Shown: positions 47,691 to 57,785 of the stretch, in pieces
Numbering within the stretch: position 1 is the stretch's first letter
How the letters are laid out: each line of letters opens with the position of its first letter
Source of the DNA: an uncultured Candidatus Rokubacteria bacterium
GTDB lineage: Bacteria; Methylomirabilota; Methylomirabilia; Rokubacteriales; CSP1-6
DNA length: 64,000 bases
Assembly (NCBI GenBank): GCA_963789955.1
Contig: CAWBMV010000034.1
Coordinates: 1,184,001-1,248,000, forward strand
Reading direction: 5' to 3'
Notes under the pieces: generated by a model
The model's database searches: none
Told to the model about the DNA's origin: nothing
The model's input: only the letters and a program-made list of their open reading frames with translations
Program-made: the position numbers and the translations under genes

Positions 47691-49483
47691 GCGACAGATC
47701 ACGGCTGTTCCGGTGGCTCGGCTGGTTCGCCCTGGCCAATGCGGGCCTCCTCGCGATCATCGGCCTGCGCTATCTGTGGCTCTACGCGGCGCTCGGCCGC
47801 ACGGTGTCCTGGAGCTACGCGCTCGTGGCCTTCGTCGGCCACATGAGCGCGCTCGCCTGCCTCCCGCTCCTGGTGCTGCTCCTCCCGGTCGCCGCGCTGA
47901 TGCCACGGCCGCGTCTGATGCTGCCGCTCGGCGTCGGGCTCGCGAGCGTCGGCGTCGCCTTCGTCGTGCTCGACAGCCTCGTGTTCGCCGAGAACCGCTA
48001 CCACTTGAACGTCCTGACCTTCAGCCTGCTCGAGCCGCAGACGTGGGCGTTTCTGGCGCTCTACTTCGTCGTGGCGCTGGCGATCGAGTCGATGCTGGCC
48101 GGCTGGATCTGGCAGCGGACGGCGCGGCCGGCGACGCGTCGAATCGGGCGATATCTCGCGGTCGGCCTGGCCGGATGCTTCGTCGCCGCGCACCTCGTTC
48201 ACGCGTGGGGCTCGGCGCACTACGACGTGTCGGTGACCGCGTTCACCCGCTACCTGCCGCTCTACTATCCACTCCGCAACCCGGGACTGATGGCGCGGCT
48301 CGGTCTCATCGATCGGGCGGGCGCGCGCGAACGCGGAGTCGGCGACGCGCTCGACCGGGCGGAGGCCGGCGAGCTGATCTATCCGCTGGCGCCCATGCGA
48401 TGTGACCCGCGCACGCCCGAGCTCAACGTGTTGCTGGTCGTGATCGATGCCATGCGCGCCGATGCCTTGACGCCGGAGGTCGCGCCGAGGCTCTCCGGAC
48501 TCGCGCGCGGCGGGATCGAGTTCGGCCGCCACTACAGCGGCGGCAACTCGTCGCGGGCCGGGATGTTCTCTCTGTTCTACGCGATCCCCGCGACGTACTT
48601 CGACGAGTTCGCCGCTCGCGCCCGGCCGCCCGTGCTGATGGACGTGATCCGACAGCACGGCTACCAGCTCGGGATCTTCGCCAGCTCGCCGATCTATCGC
48701 CTCGTGGATCTCGATCGCACCGCCTTCGCCCACGTGCCCAATCTGCGCATGGAGACGAGCTCGGGTGAAGGGTCGAGCGGGCGGGATCGCGTGCTGACCG
48801 GCGAGTGGCGCGAGTGGCTCGGCCGGCGGGATTCGGCACGGCCATTCTTCGGCTTTCTCTACTACAACGCCGCGGTGTCCGTCGAGCCACCGCCGGACTA
48901 TCATCCGTCGATCCCGCGGCCGACCCGCGCTTCGAAGGCGCTGCAGTCGCGCAACGAGCGCTACCTCGCCGCGCTGCACTACGTCGACTCGCTGCTGGGG
49001 CAGGTGCTCGACGATCTCGTACGTCGGAAGCTCCTCGATCGCACGATCGTGATCGTCACGTCCGACCACGGGATCGAGTTCGACGAGAACCGGCTCGGCT
49101 TCAAGGGCCACGGCACCGCCTACAGCGAGTACCAGATGCGCACGCCGCTCGTGGTGCGCTGGCCCGGTCGGCCGCCCGGAAAGGTCACCCGCCGTACGTC
49201 CCACAACGACATCGCGCCGACCCTGCTGACGGAGCTGTTCGGGTGCGCCAATCCGCCGTCCGACTACGCGAGCGGGTCGAGCCTCTTCTCGGGCACTCAG
49301 TGGAGCTGGCTCGTCGTCGCCAGCTATCGCGAGTACGCCGTGGTCGAGCCGGAGCGCGTGACCGTGGTGTTCCCCGCCGGCTACGAAGTTCGCGTTCAGG
49401 ACTATCAGCTCGCGCGCACCCAGACGCCACCCCGCGACGCGCTGCGCGCCGCGATGCTGGAGATGAGCCGGTTCTATCGTTGA
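47687..49483 (+). CDS. yejM: YejM/PbgA-like (DUF3413 + sulfatase-fold) inner membrane protein
   Basis: WFALAN, DSLVFAENRYHLN, 5 TM, LPLYYPL, IDAMRAD, HYSGGNSS, TSDHG, GHG. Confidence 0.82.
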   Translation: MSDRSRLFRWLGWFALANAGLLAIIGLRYLWLYAALGRTVSWSYALVAFVGHMSALACLPLLVLLLPVAALMPRPRLMLPLGVGLASVGVAFVVLDSLVFAENRYHLNVLTFSLLEPQTWAFLALYFVVALAIESMLAGWIWQRTARPATRRIGRYLAVGLAGCFVAAHLVHAWGSAHYDVSVTAFTRYLPLYYPLRNPGLMARLGLIDRAGARERGVGDALDRAEAGELIYPLAPMRCDPRTPELNVLLVVIDAMRADALTPEVAPRLSGLARGGIEFGRHYSGGNSSRAGMFSLFYAIPATYFDEFAARARPPVLMDVIRQHGYQLGIFASSPIYRLVDLDRTAFAHVPNLRMETSSGEGSSGRDRVLTGEWREWLGRRDSARPFFGFLYYNAAVSVEPPPDYHPSIPRPTRASKALQSRNERYLAALHYVDSLLGQVLDDLVRRKLLDRTIVIVTSDHGIEFDENRLGFKGHGTAYSEYQMRTPLVVRWPGRPPGKVTRRTSHNDIAPTLLTELFGCANPPSDYASGSSLFSGTQWSWLVVASYREYAVVEPERVTVVFPAGYEVRVQDYQLARTQTPPRDALRAAMLEMSRFYR

Positions 49484-51010
49484 GGGCGGGCCCGCTCGGC
49501 GTGCTGCTCCTCGGCGCGATGTGTGCGGCGGCCGCGCCGGTCTCCGCGGAGCAGGCGGGGAGTGGAATCGTCCGGGTGGTCGGCGACCGCTTGAATCTCG
49601 TCATTGCGCTCGAAGGGGCCACTCCCGTCGAGTGGCGGGCCTGCCATCCATCGTGTACGAACGCCGACGCGGGCACCGGCACCGCCGTGTGGCTGATCGG
49701 TGCGGGCGATCCGGCGATCCGGCTGGTCGTGCGCGATCTGGATCCTCCGCTGGATCTGCAAGGTCTGCGATTCTCCGTCAGCCTCACCGAGGACGAGCGC
49801 GCGCGCATCGCGACCTTCCAGGCCGACTTGCCGGTGCCCGGCGTCCGCCTGGTGAAGTCGTTCGAGGTCTCGCGCTACGGCTACGAAGTCGTCATGACCG
49901 CGCGCATGATCGGACCGAACGCCGCCGCGTTCATGTCGGGCCGGCGACTCACGCTCGAGCTCGGTGCCGTCCGCGGTCTGGCCCCGCCGCCGGCGGCGGG
50001 CTTCGCCGCGATGCTCGAGCGGATGAGCCGCGTCATCGTCACCGGCCGGGTGCGCACGGTCCGGGACGACAGCCGTGAGCCGAGGACGCTCCGCCCGGGC
50101 GACTGGGTCGGATTCCGCAGCCGCTTCTGGGCGTTGCTCGTTCGCTCGGACGGCGCCGGCGACCTCGAGGCGCAGCCCGGCGCGGATGCCCCGCTGGCGC
50201 TGACGGAGGAGCGCGGCCGGCTCTCCTGGCGCGACACGTTCTATGCGGGTCCGCTCGAGCACGCCACGTTGACCCGGGCCGATCCGCGGCTCGGCCGGCT
50301 GCTCTTCTCCGGGCTCTGGTTCTGGCTGCGCCCGCTGAGCTTCGGGCTCCTGTTCCTCCTGCGCGGGCTGACCGAGCTCATCGGACATCCGGGCTTCGCC
50401 ATCATCGCCCTCGCGGTGTCGGTCAAGATCCTCTTGCTTCCGCTGACCATCGTGGCCGAACGACTGCAGGAGCAGGTGAACGCCACGCAGGCGCGGCTCC
50501 AGCCCGGCATCGACGCGATCAAGGCCGCGTACCGTGGTGAGGAGCGCACGCGGCGCACGATCGCGCTCTACCGCGAGCACGGCGTGCACCCGCTCTACAC
50601 CTTGAAGAGCCTGGCCGGATTCATGATCCAGCTTCCGGTGTTCATCGCCGTGTTCGACATGCTGGCCGAGAATTTCGATCTCCAGCACCAATCGTTCGCC
50701 TGGATCCGGGATCTGTCGCGCCCGGATGCGCTGGCGGGGCTGCCCGTGTGCGTGCCGTTCTTCGGCTGTGACCTGAACTTGCTGCCGTTCCTGATGAGCG
50801 GCGTGTCGCTGGCGACCCTGCTGCGGTTCCGCTCGTCGGTCCTCACGCCGCCGCTGGTCCGCCGCCAGCGGCGAAATCTGATGGCCATCACGGCCCTGTT
50901 CTTCCTGCTCTTCTACACGTTCCCGGCGGCGCATGGTCCTCTACTGGACCTCGACGAACTCCTTCCAGCTCTTGAGCCAGGAGCTCGGGAGGTTATGGCG
51001 CCGGGCGTGA
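49480..51010 (+). CDS. yidC: Membrane protein insertase YidC paralog (3' frameshift near 50930)
   Basis: TTG start overlapping the yejM stop; AIIALAVSVKILLLPL, IQLPVFIA, WIRDLSRPD, LLPFLM, MVLYWTSTN. Confidence 0.85.
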
Positions 51011-51031
51011 ATGCGATACCCTGAATGAAGC

Positions 51032-51331
51032 GTGAACGCTGCTCGAGCATGGACGCTGGCGTCGTTCGTCGTCGTCGCGTCGTGGCATGCCGCGTCGGCC
51101 ATGGCGCAGCCGAGCCCCGCCGGCGTGTCGAAGGAGCGCGTCACCTTCCAGAGCGATCACCTCACCCTCGTCGGCTTTCTCTTCAAACCTGACGGACCCG
51201 GCCCGTTTCCCGGGCTCATCTGGAATCACGGCAGCGAGAAGAGCCCCGGGACGATGCGTTCCGGCGCTCCTGGCCGCCACCGACGAGACCCTGCAGGGCG
51301 CCGGGCGCCCCGATCCGTCTTGACCTCCTGA
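51032..51331 (+). pseudogene. Truncated exported alpha/beta hydrolase (dienelactone hydrolase-like N-terminus)
   Basis: VTFQS..LVGFLFKPDGPGPFPGLIWNHGSE, then homology ends near 51250. Confidence 0.6.
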
Positions 51332-51346
51332 GAACGCCCGCCTAGG

Positions 51347-52774
51347 GTGGTGAGCATGAGTGACGCTGAAGACTTCGCCACCTTGTTCGCGCGCGAATCC
51401 GCCAGGCCCGTGCTCGAAATCGGGCAGATCGTGAAGGGGCGCATCATCCAGATCTCGGCCGAGAGCGTGTTCGTCGATGTCGGCGGCAAGGGCGAGGCCT
51501 GGATCGAGCGCGCCGAGCTCACCGATGGCGACGGCAAGCTTCGCGTGGGCATCGGCGACGAGATCGAGGCCACGGTCGTATCGACCGGCGACGAAATCCG
51601 GCTCTCGCACAAGCTTCGCCAGGGAGCGCAGGCCCGGCAGGCGCTCGCTGTCGCGGCCCAGACGGGCATTCCCGTCGAGGGCAAGGTGGCCGCCGTCATC
51701 AAGGGCGGTTACGAGGTCACGGTCGGCGGCCTGCGCGGGTTCTGTCCGTTCTCTCAAATGGATGTGCGGCGCGTCGAGGCCACGGACGAGTACGTCGGGC
51801 GCGTCCTCGAGTTCCGCGTGACGACCTTCAGCGAGAACGGGCGTAATCTCGTGCTCTCGCGCCGGCGCCTGCTCGAGGAGCGCTCCGCCGAGATGGCCGA
51901 GGAGACGCGGAAGAAGATCATTCCGGGCGCCGTGCTGGCGGGCACGGTGGCCTCGCTCGCGGACTTCGGCGCCTTCATCGACCTGGGCGGCGTGCAGGGG
52001 CTCGTGCCGCTCTCCGAGCTCTCTCATTCTCGCGCAAGCCGGCCCGCCGATCTCCTGCGCGTGGGCGACGCCGTGTCCGTCAAGGTGCTCCGGATCGACC
52101 AGGAGAAGGGGCGGATCTCGCTCAGCCTGAAGGCCCTCGAGGGTGATCCGTGGGCCGGGGTGGCCGGACGCCTCCGCGAGCGCCAGATCGTGCGCGGGCG
52201 CGCCGTTCGCTCGACCGAGTTCGGGGTGTTCGTCGAGCTCATGCCCGGCGTGGACGGGCTTCTGCACATCACCGAGATACCTCGGAGCCGTCAGGGCGCG
52301 CTGCGCGAGGCCGCGGCCGCCGCCACCGAGGTCAACGTGCTCATCATCAACATCGACCGGGAAAAACGGCGTGTCGCGCTCGCGCTCGCGCCCGAGGGCG
52401 CCGAGCTCGGGCAGCAGATGGAGTCACGCGTCGAGGTGGGGGCGGTGCTCAAGGGCACCGTCGAGCGCCACGAGCCGTTCGGCGTCTTCGTGCGGCTCGG
52501 GCCGGGACAGACCGGGCTCGTGCCGACTGGAGAGCTCTCCATGAGCCGCGGCGCCGACGCGCGCAGGACCTTTCCCGTCGACAGCGAGATCAAGGTGCTC
52601 GTCCTCGCGATCGAAGAGGGCGGCCGTCGGATTCGCCTGTCGCACGCGCAGGCGCTCGCGCGCGAGGAGCAGGCCGAGACGCAAGCCTACATGCAGCAGA
52701 GCCCGAAACGGGGCGACGGATTCGGGCTCACGCTCGGCGAGCGCATCAAGCAGGGCTCGAAGAAGCGACTGTGA
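51347..52774 (+). CDS. rpsA: Multi-S1-domain protein (30S ribosomal protein S1 paralog)
   Basis: Five S1-like repeats (VFVDVGGK, FCPFSQ, FGAFIDL, FGVFVEL, FGVFVRL). Confidence 0.8.
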   Translation: MVSMSDAEDFATLFARESARPVLEIGQIVKGRIIQISAESVFVDVGGKGEAWIERAELTDGDGKLRVGIGDEIEATVVSTGDEIRLSHKLRQGAQARQALAVAAQTGIPVEGKVAAVIKGGYEVTVGGLRGFCPFSQMDVRRVEATDEYVGRVLEFRVTTFSENGRNLVLSRRRLLEERSAEMAEETRKKIIPGAVLAGTVASLADFGAFIDLGGVQGLVPLSELSHSRASRPADLLRVGDAVSVKVLRIDQEKGRISLSLKALEGDPWAGVAGRLRERQIVRGRAVRSTEFGVFVELMPGVDGLLHITEIPRSRQGALREAAAAATEVNVLIINIDREKRRVALALAPEGAELGQQMESRVEVGAVLKGTVERHEPFGVFVRLGPGQTGLVPTGELSMSRGADARRTFPVDSEIKVLVLAIEEGGRRIRLSHAQALAREEQAETQAYMQQSPKRGDGFGLTLGERIKQGSKKRL

Positions 52775-52810
52775 CGGCGGTCCCACACCGCCGCTAGCCA
52801 GGAGGCCGCG

Positions 52811-54277
52811 ATGACGGCTCAGAATCGCTACGGCTTTGGTGCCGGGCCGCGGATGCGCCGGGGGCTCTCCACCGCCGTCCCGATCCCGACGCGGCTCGTG
52901 TCCAACGAGGAGTTCCCGCCGATCCCGCAAACACTTTCGCAGCGGCGAGTGGAGGATCGGATTCTCGCCGAGGCTGGGCGCCTGGCGCCGCGACTCGGGC
53001 TGAGTCGCCGCCAGTTCCTGAGCCGAAGCGGCGGGATGGCGGCCTCGCTGCTGGCGATGAACGCGGTCTTCGGCCGCTTCTTCGACGTGCTCCCCGTGGA
53101 AGCTGCCGATCCGGCCGCCTTCCAGGAGCGGAGCGGCGCGCCGGTCTTCATTTTCGACGTGCAGCTGCACTACGTCAGCGCCAACTATGACCCGACCAAC
53201 GCCGAAGCGAGCCGAAGAGGCGCGGTCTCCAAGGGCGCGCTCCTCGGGCTCCGCCGGGGCTCGCGCCGGCTGAATCCGAAGCTCGAGTCCGATCGCGGCA
53301 CGATGGCCGATCTCGCCTGGGACAACATGGTCAAGGAGGTCTTCCTCGACAGCGAGACGGCGATCGGCCTCATCTCGACGCCGCCTGGGCCGTACCCGCA
53401 AGAAGCCGTCGTCCCGCCGAAGGAGATGACGCACATTCGCGACGAGATCAACCGCGTCACGCAGTCGCGGCGGATGCTCGCCCATGGGCTCGTCTCGCCG
53501 CAGCTCGGCCAGGCCGATCTCGACTTCATGGATCAGCAGGCGGCCACGCTCAAGGTCGACGCCTGGAAGGCGTACACCGGTGCTGCCGCCAAGGGATTCG
53601 AGCACGGCTGGTTCCTCGACGACGAGAAGATCGCCTATCCCATGCTCGAGAGAGCGCGCAAGACCGGCGTGCGCCGGTTCTGCGTCCACAAGGGCCTGCC
53701 GCTCGGTCCGGTCGCGGACTACAACCATCCGCGCGACCTGATCAAGGCGGCGAAGGACTTCCCCGACATCGATTTTCTCGTCTACCACGCGGGGCTGCTC
53801 AGCGTGTCGGCGGGCAAGCCCACCGGTGAAGTGCCGTGGACGACCGAGTTCTGTCGGATGAAGAAACAGGCAAATCTGAAGAATATCTACATGGAGCTCG
53901 GCTCGACGTTCGGACAGCTCGTGACCACCAATCCCACGGCGTGCGCGCACCTGCTCGGTCAGATCGTCGACGCGTTCGGGGTCGATCACGTGCTGTGGGG
54001 CACCGACTCGATCTGGTACGGCACGCCGCAATGGCAGATCGACGCGTTCCGGCGCTTCGAGATTCCCGCGGTGCTCGTCGACAAGCACGGCTACGCGCCG
54101 CTGACACGCGCGGCGAAGGAGCAGATCTTCGGACTGAACGCGGCACGTGTCTTCGGTGTCGACGTCGCGGCGAAGCGCAATGAGATCCCGAAGGACTATC
54201 TGACGCGCATGAAGATGGCGTACCTCGACGAGGGACCGACGCCCAGCCATCACTGGTACGGCTGGATCGCAGGCTAG
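52811..54277 (+). CDS. Amidohydrolase_2 family protein
   Basis: FDVQLHY, CVHKG, YHAG, LWGTDSIW, IFGLNAAR. Confidence 0.85.
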   Translation: MTAQNRYGFGAGPRMRRGLSTAVPIPTRLVSNEEFPPIPQTLSQRRVEDRILAEAGRLAPRLGLSRRQFLSRSGGMAASLLAMNAVFGRFFDVLPVEAADPAAFQERSGAPVFIFDVQLHYVSANYDPTNAEASRRGAVSKGALLGLRRGSRRLNPKLESDRGTMADLAWDNMVKEVFLDSETAIGLISTPPGPYPQEAVVPPKEMTHIRDEINRVTQSRRMLAHGLVSPQLGQADLDFMDQQAATLKVDAWKAYTGAAAKGFEHGWFLDDEKIAYPMLERARKTGVRRFCVHKGLPLGPVADYNHPRDLIKAAKDFPDIDFLVYHAGLLSVSAGKPTGEVPWTTEFCRMKKQANLKNIYMELGSTFGQLVTTNPTACAHLLGQIVDAFGVDHVLWGTDSIWYGTPQWQIDAFRRFEIPAVLVDKHGYAPLTRAAKEQIFGLNAARVFGVDVAAKRNEIPKDYLTRMKMAYLDEGPTPSHHWYGWIAG

Positions 54278-54303
54278 CTCGGGAGAATCCACGGAGAGAG
54301 CTC

Positions 54304-54846
54304 ATGGCCAGACTGCCCGATCCGCTCAGCACCCTGTCGCCCGACGCCAGGCGCGTCTACGACAAGATCACCGCCAAGCGCGGCCAGATGAAGGGTGGCC
54401 CGTTCGCGTCGCTGATGCACCATCCGGCGCTGGCCGAGAAGGTCGGCGACCTCGGCGAGTACTTGCGATTCGGCGGTACCTTGCCCGGCGACATCCGCGA
54501 GATGGCGATCCTGATCACCGCGCGCTCGGTGAGCCAGGCCTATGAGTGGGTGGCTCATGCCAGAATCGCGCGCACCGAGAAGCTGCCCGACGATGTCATC
54601 GAGCGCATCCGGACGCGCCGTGATCTCTCGACGATCCCGGCGCGCTACGCCCGCGCCGCGCGCGTCGTCCAGCATGTGCTCGCGTACGAATCGATCCCGC
54701 AGGATCTTCAAGATCAGGTGAAGGGTGACCTCGGGATGCCCGGGCTCATCGAGCTGGTCACGCTCGCCGGCCAGTACCGCATGATTGCCGGCGTGTTGTT
54801 CGCGTTCGACTCGCCGCTGCCGGCGGGCACGCCGCCGCCGTTCTGA
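54304..54846 (+). CDS. Carboxymuconolactone decarboxylase/AhpD-like protein
   Basis: GPFASLMHHP, REMAILITAR, YEWVAH. Confidence 0.85.
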   Translation: MARLPDPLSTLSPDARRVYDKITAKRGQMKGGPFASLMHHPALAEKVGDLGEYLRFGGTLPGDIREMAILITARSVSQAYEWVAHARIARTEKLPDDVIERIRTRRDLSTIPARYARAARVVQHVLAYESIPQDLQDQVKGDLGMPGLIELVTLAGQYRMIAGVLFAFDSPLPAGTPPPF

Positions 54847-54862
54847 CGGAGGCGCGACACCG

Positions 54863-55474
54863 ATGGACTACACGTTCCTCGTCGACACCTACGCGAGCGA
54901 GCGGCTCAAGACCCTCTCGGTGTGGGCGATGTTCGAGGACGCCGACCTCAACGTGCGCCCGCACCCGAATCTGGCGCGTGACCGGACGTTCCACGAGCAC
55001 ATGGTGCATCAGTGCTATAGCGAGGACCGCTGGTTCACGGGCATGTTCGGGATCGACGTCGGCGCGCCGCCGTTCCCGGCCGAAGAGACGCGCCTGGCCT
55101 TCATCAAACGGTATGATGAGGATTCCGCGAAGCGGCTCGACCGGCTGCGAGAGAAACTGGCCGAGTGGTGGGCGCAGGACGTCGCGTTCTTCGACACGAC
55201 CCACAGCCGCGCCTGGGTCATGGTCCGGCGTATCGCGCACACCGCGCACCATCGGGCGGAGCAGACGACCCTGCTAAGACTGCTGGGCCGCCAGGTCTGG
55301 AGCGTTTACGGGCCCTCGGTGGACACCGGCGGGCTGCCGGCGAACGGCGCGCGCACGATCTATGCGTACCCCGACATCGCGGCGCTCGTCGACGGCGAGT
55401 CGCGGGGCGGGGCGAAGAGCGCGCTGCCCGGGCCGGGCTCCAAGCCGAGCACAGAGCGCGCGGGCTCGTCGTAG
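54863..55474 (+). CDS. DinB family protein
   Basis: EHMVHQC, RRIAHTAHHR, VYGPSVDTGG. Confidence 0.85.
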   Translation: MDYTFLVDTYASERLKTLSVWAMFEDADLNVRPHPNLARDRTFHEHMVHQCYSEDRWFTGMFGIDVGAPPFPAEETRLAFIKRYDEDSAKRLDRLREKLAEWWAQDVAFFDTTHSRAWVMVRRIAHTAHHRAEQTTLLRLLGRQVWSVYGPSVDTGGLPANGARTIYAYPDIAALVDGESRGGAKSALPGPGSKPSTERAGSS

Positions 55475-55489
55475 ACGCGCGGGGCAGAT

Positions 55490-55753
55490 GCGAGCTTCCT
55501 GACGGGCCTCGCCGCGTGGCGGCTCGGCGGCGATGCCCGATGGCTCGCGGCAGCCGTGCTCATCGGCCTGGCGGTGCCGTACACGCTTGTCGTCGTCAAG
55601 CCGACGAACGACCGGCTTCTCGATCTCGCGTGCAACCCGACGTCGGCCGAGACTCACATGCTGCTGGAGCGGTGGGGCAAGCTCCACGCCGTTCGTAGCG
55701 GCCTGAGCCTGCTGGCGACGCTCGTATATCTTGACCTTGTGGTCAGGGCCTGA
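55490..55753 (+). pseudogene. DUF1772 (anthrone oxygenase-like) C-terminal remnant
   Basis: PYTLVVVKPTNDRLL...WGKLHAVRS; N-terminal half and start absent. Confidence 0.6.
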
Positions 55754-55761
55754 ACACCCGA

Positions 55762-56310
55762 TCAGATGAAGAAGGTCAAATTCTTCGCGAGCAGGACGCT
55801 CTGGTCGAGGATCACCATGCGGCGCGCGATCTTCCAGCCGCCGTCCACCCGGCGCAGCACGTCCTCGCGCTTGCCGACGAGCACGTCGGTCTCCGTCTCG
55901 ACGCGATTGCGGTAGACGAGAAAGCGACAGCGGACGTCGATCTCCGACGGCGCCGCCGATCCCGGGGGCGACGCGCGCAAGATCTGGACGTTCGAGACCA
56001 TGTGGCAGATGCGCGAGGGTGGTTCCTCGGCCCAGTGGATGCCGGTCTGGATCTGGGCCACGCGCCGCCCGAGCGTGTCCTTGCCCTCGTCGAACCAGTT
56101 CACGTCGGCGCCCTCGCGGGTGAACTCGCGCTCACGATCGTCGTGGGGCACGTTGCGCCGCATCGGCATCCAGTAGCGCGCGTCTTCGGTGAAGAGCGTG
56201 AGCCACTCGTCGAACCGGCGCGCGTCGAGGAGCTCCGCCTCGTTGTAGAGAAACTCCTCGATCTCCCGATGAAGAAGGAGGCGTGCGAGCGCGGCCGCGT
56301 CGGCGCTCAC
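55762..56310 (-). CDS. Aromatic ring-hydroxylating dioxygenase beta subunit
   Basis: EFLYNEAELLD, RYWMP, WAEEPPSRICH, GKREDVLR, AKNLTFF. Confidence 0.92.
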   Translation of the reverse strand: MSADAAALARLLLHREIEEFLYNEAELLDARRFDEWLTLFTEDARYWMPMRRNVPHDDREREFTREGADVNWFDEGKDTLGRRVAQIQTGIHWAEEPPSRICHMVSNVQILRASPPGSAAPSEIDVRCRFLVYRNRVETETDVLVGKREDVLRRVDGGWKIARRMVILDQSVLLAKNLTFFI

Positions 56311-57659
56311 GAGGGCAGGAGCCCCGTCCAGCTCTCGGCCTCCATGAACTGACGCCAGCGCGTGTAGAAGCCGCGCTGGTTGTGCTCGCTGGCGTTGGCC
56401 TGCGTCACGTCGCTGATCGCGCCGGGGAGCTTGAGGCCGTGGTCTTCGAAATCACGCCGGGCGCGGCCCAGGCCCATCTCGTAGTTGTAGGGGTACTGGC
56501 GCGCGATGGTGCCGCGGCTCGCCTTGTGGGCGTAGTTCCAGTTCTCCATGTCGTCCTGCTCGGTCAGCCCGGACGGGCCCGAATAGCGGATGTAGTAGTG
56601 GCGCAGGAAGTCTTTCACCTCCGTCGGCGCGTCGGCGTCGACGAAGTACCAGCGCCAGACCTCGGTCTGGTGCGGCCCGCGCGGGTGCCACACCGCGAGC
56701 GTGCGCGGCTGGCGCGCCAGGGGAGAGGCGTTGGGGAACAACGTGCCGGGTCCGCCGAAGAGCCGCCAGTACTCGCCGCGCCGGCGCCTCCGCTCTTCCT
56801 CGCAATACTTGAAGTAGTCGGCGACGATCGGCGCGTCCTGATAGGCCGGCGCGAGCGGCGAGTCGTGGTTGCGAAGGAACGCGATCATCGAGTGGCCGAG
56901 CTCGGGAAACGAGACGTCGAGCCACCGCGCCTCGTTGCGCTCCTGCATGTCGCGGCGGCCCTTGCCGCTCGGACCGATGCCGACCATGTCCACCGAGCGG
57001 TGGCTGACGCCGTGGTAGCGATCACCCGAGAAGTTCTCGGCCGGGAACTTCCAGTTGCAGGGGATGAGCCACTTGTGGATGCCGCCGATGGCCTCGGTGC
57101 CGCCTTCACGGCCGTCCCACGAGTCCAGCAGCAGATCGAGATAGAGCTTGTAGCCGCCCAAATATTCGGTGAACGGCGGCGCGGCGGGATCCCACGTCGC
57201 CCAGATCGTGCCCTTGTAGTTCTCGATCCGCGCGACCTCGACGAGGCCCCACTGGCTTCGATCGAGCTGCGCGCCATAGGCGTCCTTGGCGAACGGCACG
57301 CCGACCAGCGCGCCGTCGGTGCCGTAGCTCCAGCCGTGGTACGGGCACTGGAACTCGACCGTGTTGCCCTCGTCGTAGCGGCACACCTTCATGCCGCGAT
57401 GCCGGCACGAGTTGAGGAAGACCCGGATCCGTCCGGCGCGATCACGACACAGAATGACTGACTCCTCGCCCATCGACGAAGTGAGATAGTCGCCGGGCTT
57501 CGAGATCTGGCTCTCGTGGCCGATGAAGAGCCACACGCGGGCGAACACCCGCTCGAGCTCTTGCCGATAGATCTCGTCGCTGACGAAGATCTCGCGACTG
57601 ATGATGCCGCGCTCGACGTCGACCAGGCTCTTCAAAGCTCCCGGCTCCGTGCTGGCCAT
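56307..57659 (-). CDS. Aromatic ring-hydroxylating dioxygenase alpha subunit
   Basis: CRHRG..CPYHGW, NWKFPAENFSGDRYHGVSH, EQDDMENW. Confidence 0.93.
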   Translation of the reverse strand: MASTEPGALKSLVDVERGIISREIFVSDEIYRQELERVFARVWLFIGHESQISKPGDYLTSSMGEESVILCRDRAGRIRVFLNSCRHRGMKVCRYDEGNTVEFQCPYHGWSYGTDGALVGVPFAKDAYGAQLDRSQWGLVEVARIENYKGTIWATWDPAAPPFTEYLGGYKLYLDLLLDSWDGREGGTEAIGGIHKWLIPCNWKFPAENFSGDRYHGVSHRSVDMVGIGPSGKGRRDMQERNEARWLDVSFPELGHSMIAFLRNHDSPLAPAYQDAPIVADYFKYCEEERRRRRGEYWRLFGGPGTLFPNASPLARQPRTLAVWHPRGPHQTEVWRWYFVDADAPTEVKDFLRHYYIRYSGPSGLTEQDDMENWNYAHKASRGTIARQYPYNYEMGLGRARRDFEDHGLKLPGAISDVTQANASEHNQRGFYTRWRQFMEAESWTGLLPS

Positions 57660-57785
57660 GCTCGCCCTCCTCGAGCTCAGTCCGGCGCCTCGCTGCGACG
57701 CTCGGATCTCACGCGACGCCAATGGTAGGGCAAGACGCGCTGCCGCGATAGCCCGCGGCCGGTCGGTATACAGTGGAGCCCGGTA

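Noticed and set aside
48805..49479. Long N-terminal extension on YidC
   Set aside because: Overlaps yejM in another frame; the true start is most likely TTG at 49480
9496..54292. Long antisense or alternate-frame ORFs (e.g. 9496-11334, 42102-43832, 52424-54292)
   Set aside because: Arg/Ala/Pro-rich shadows of real genes, expected in high-GC DNA
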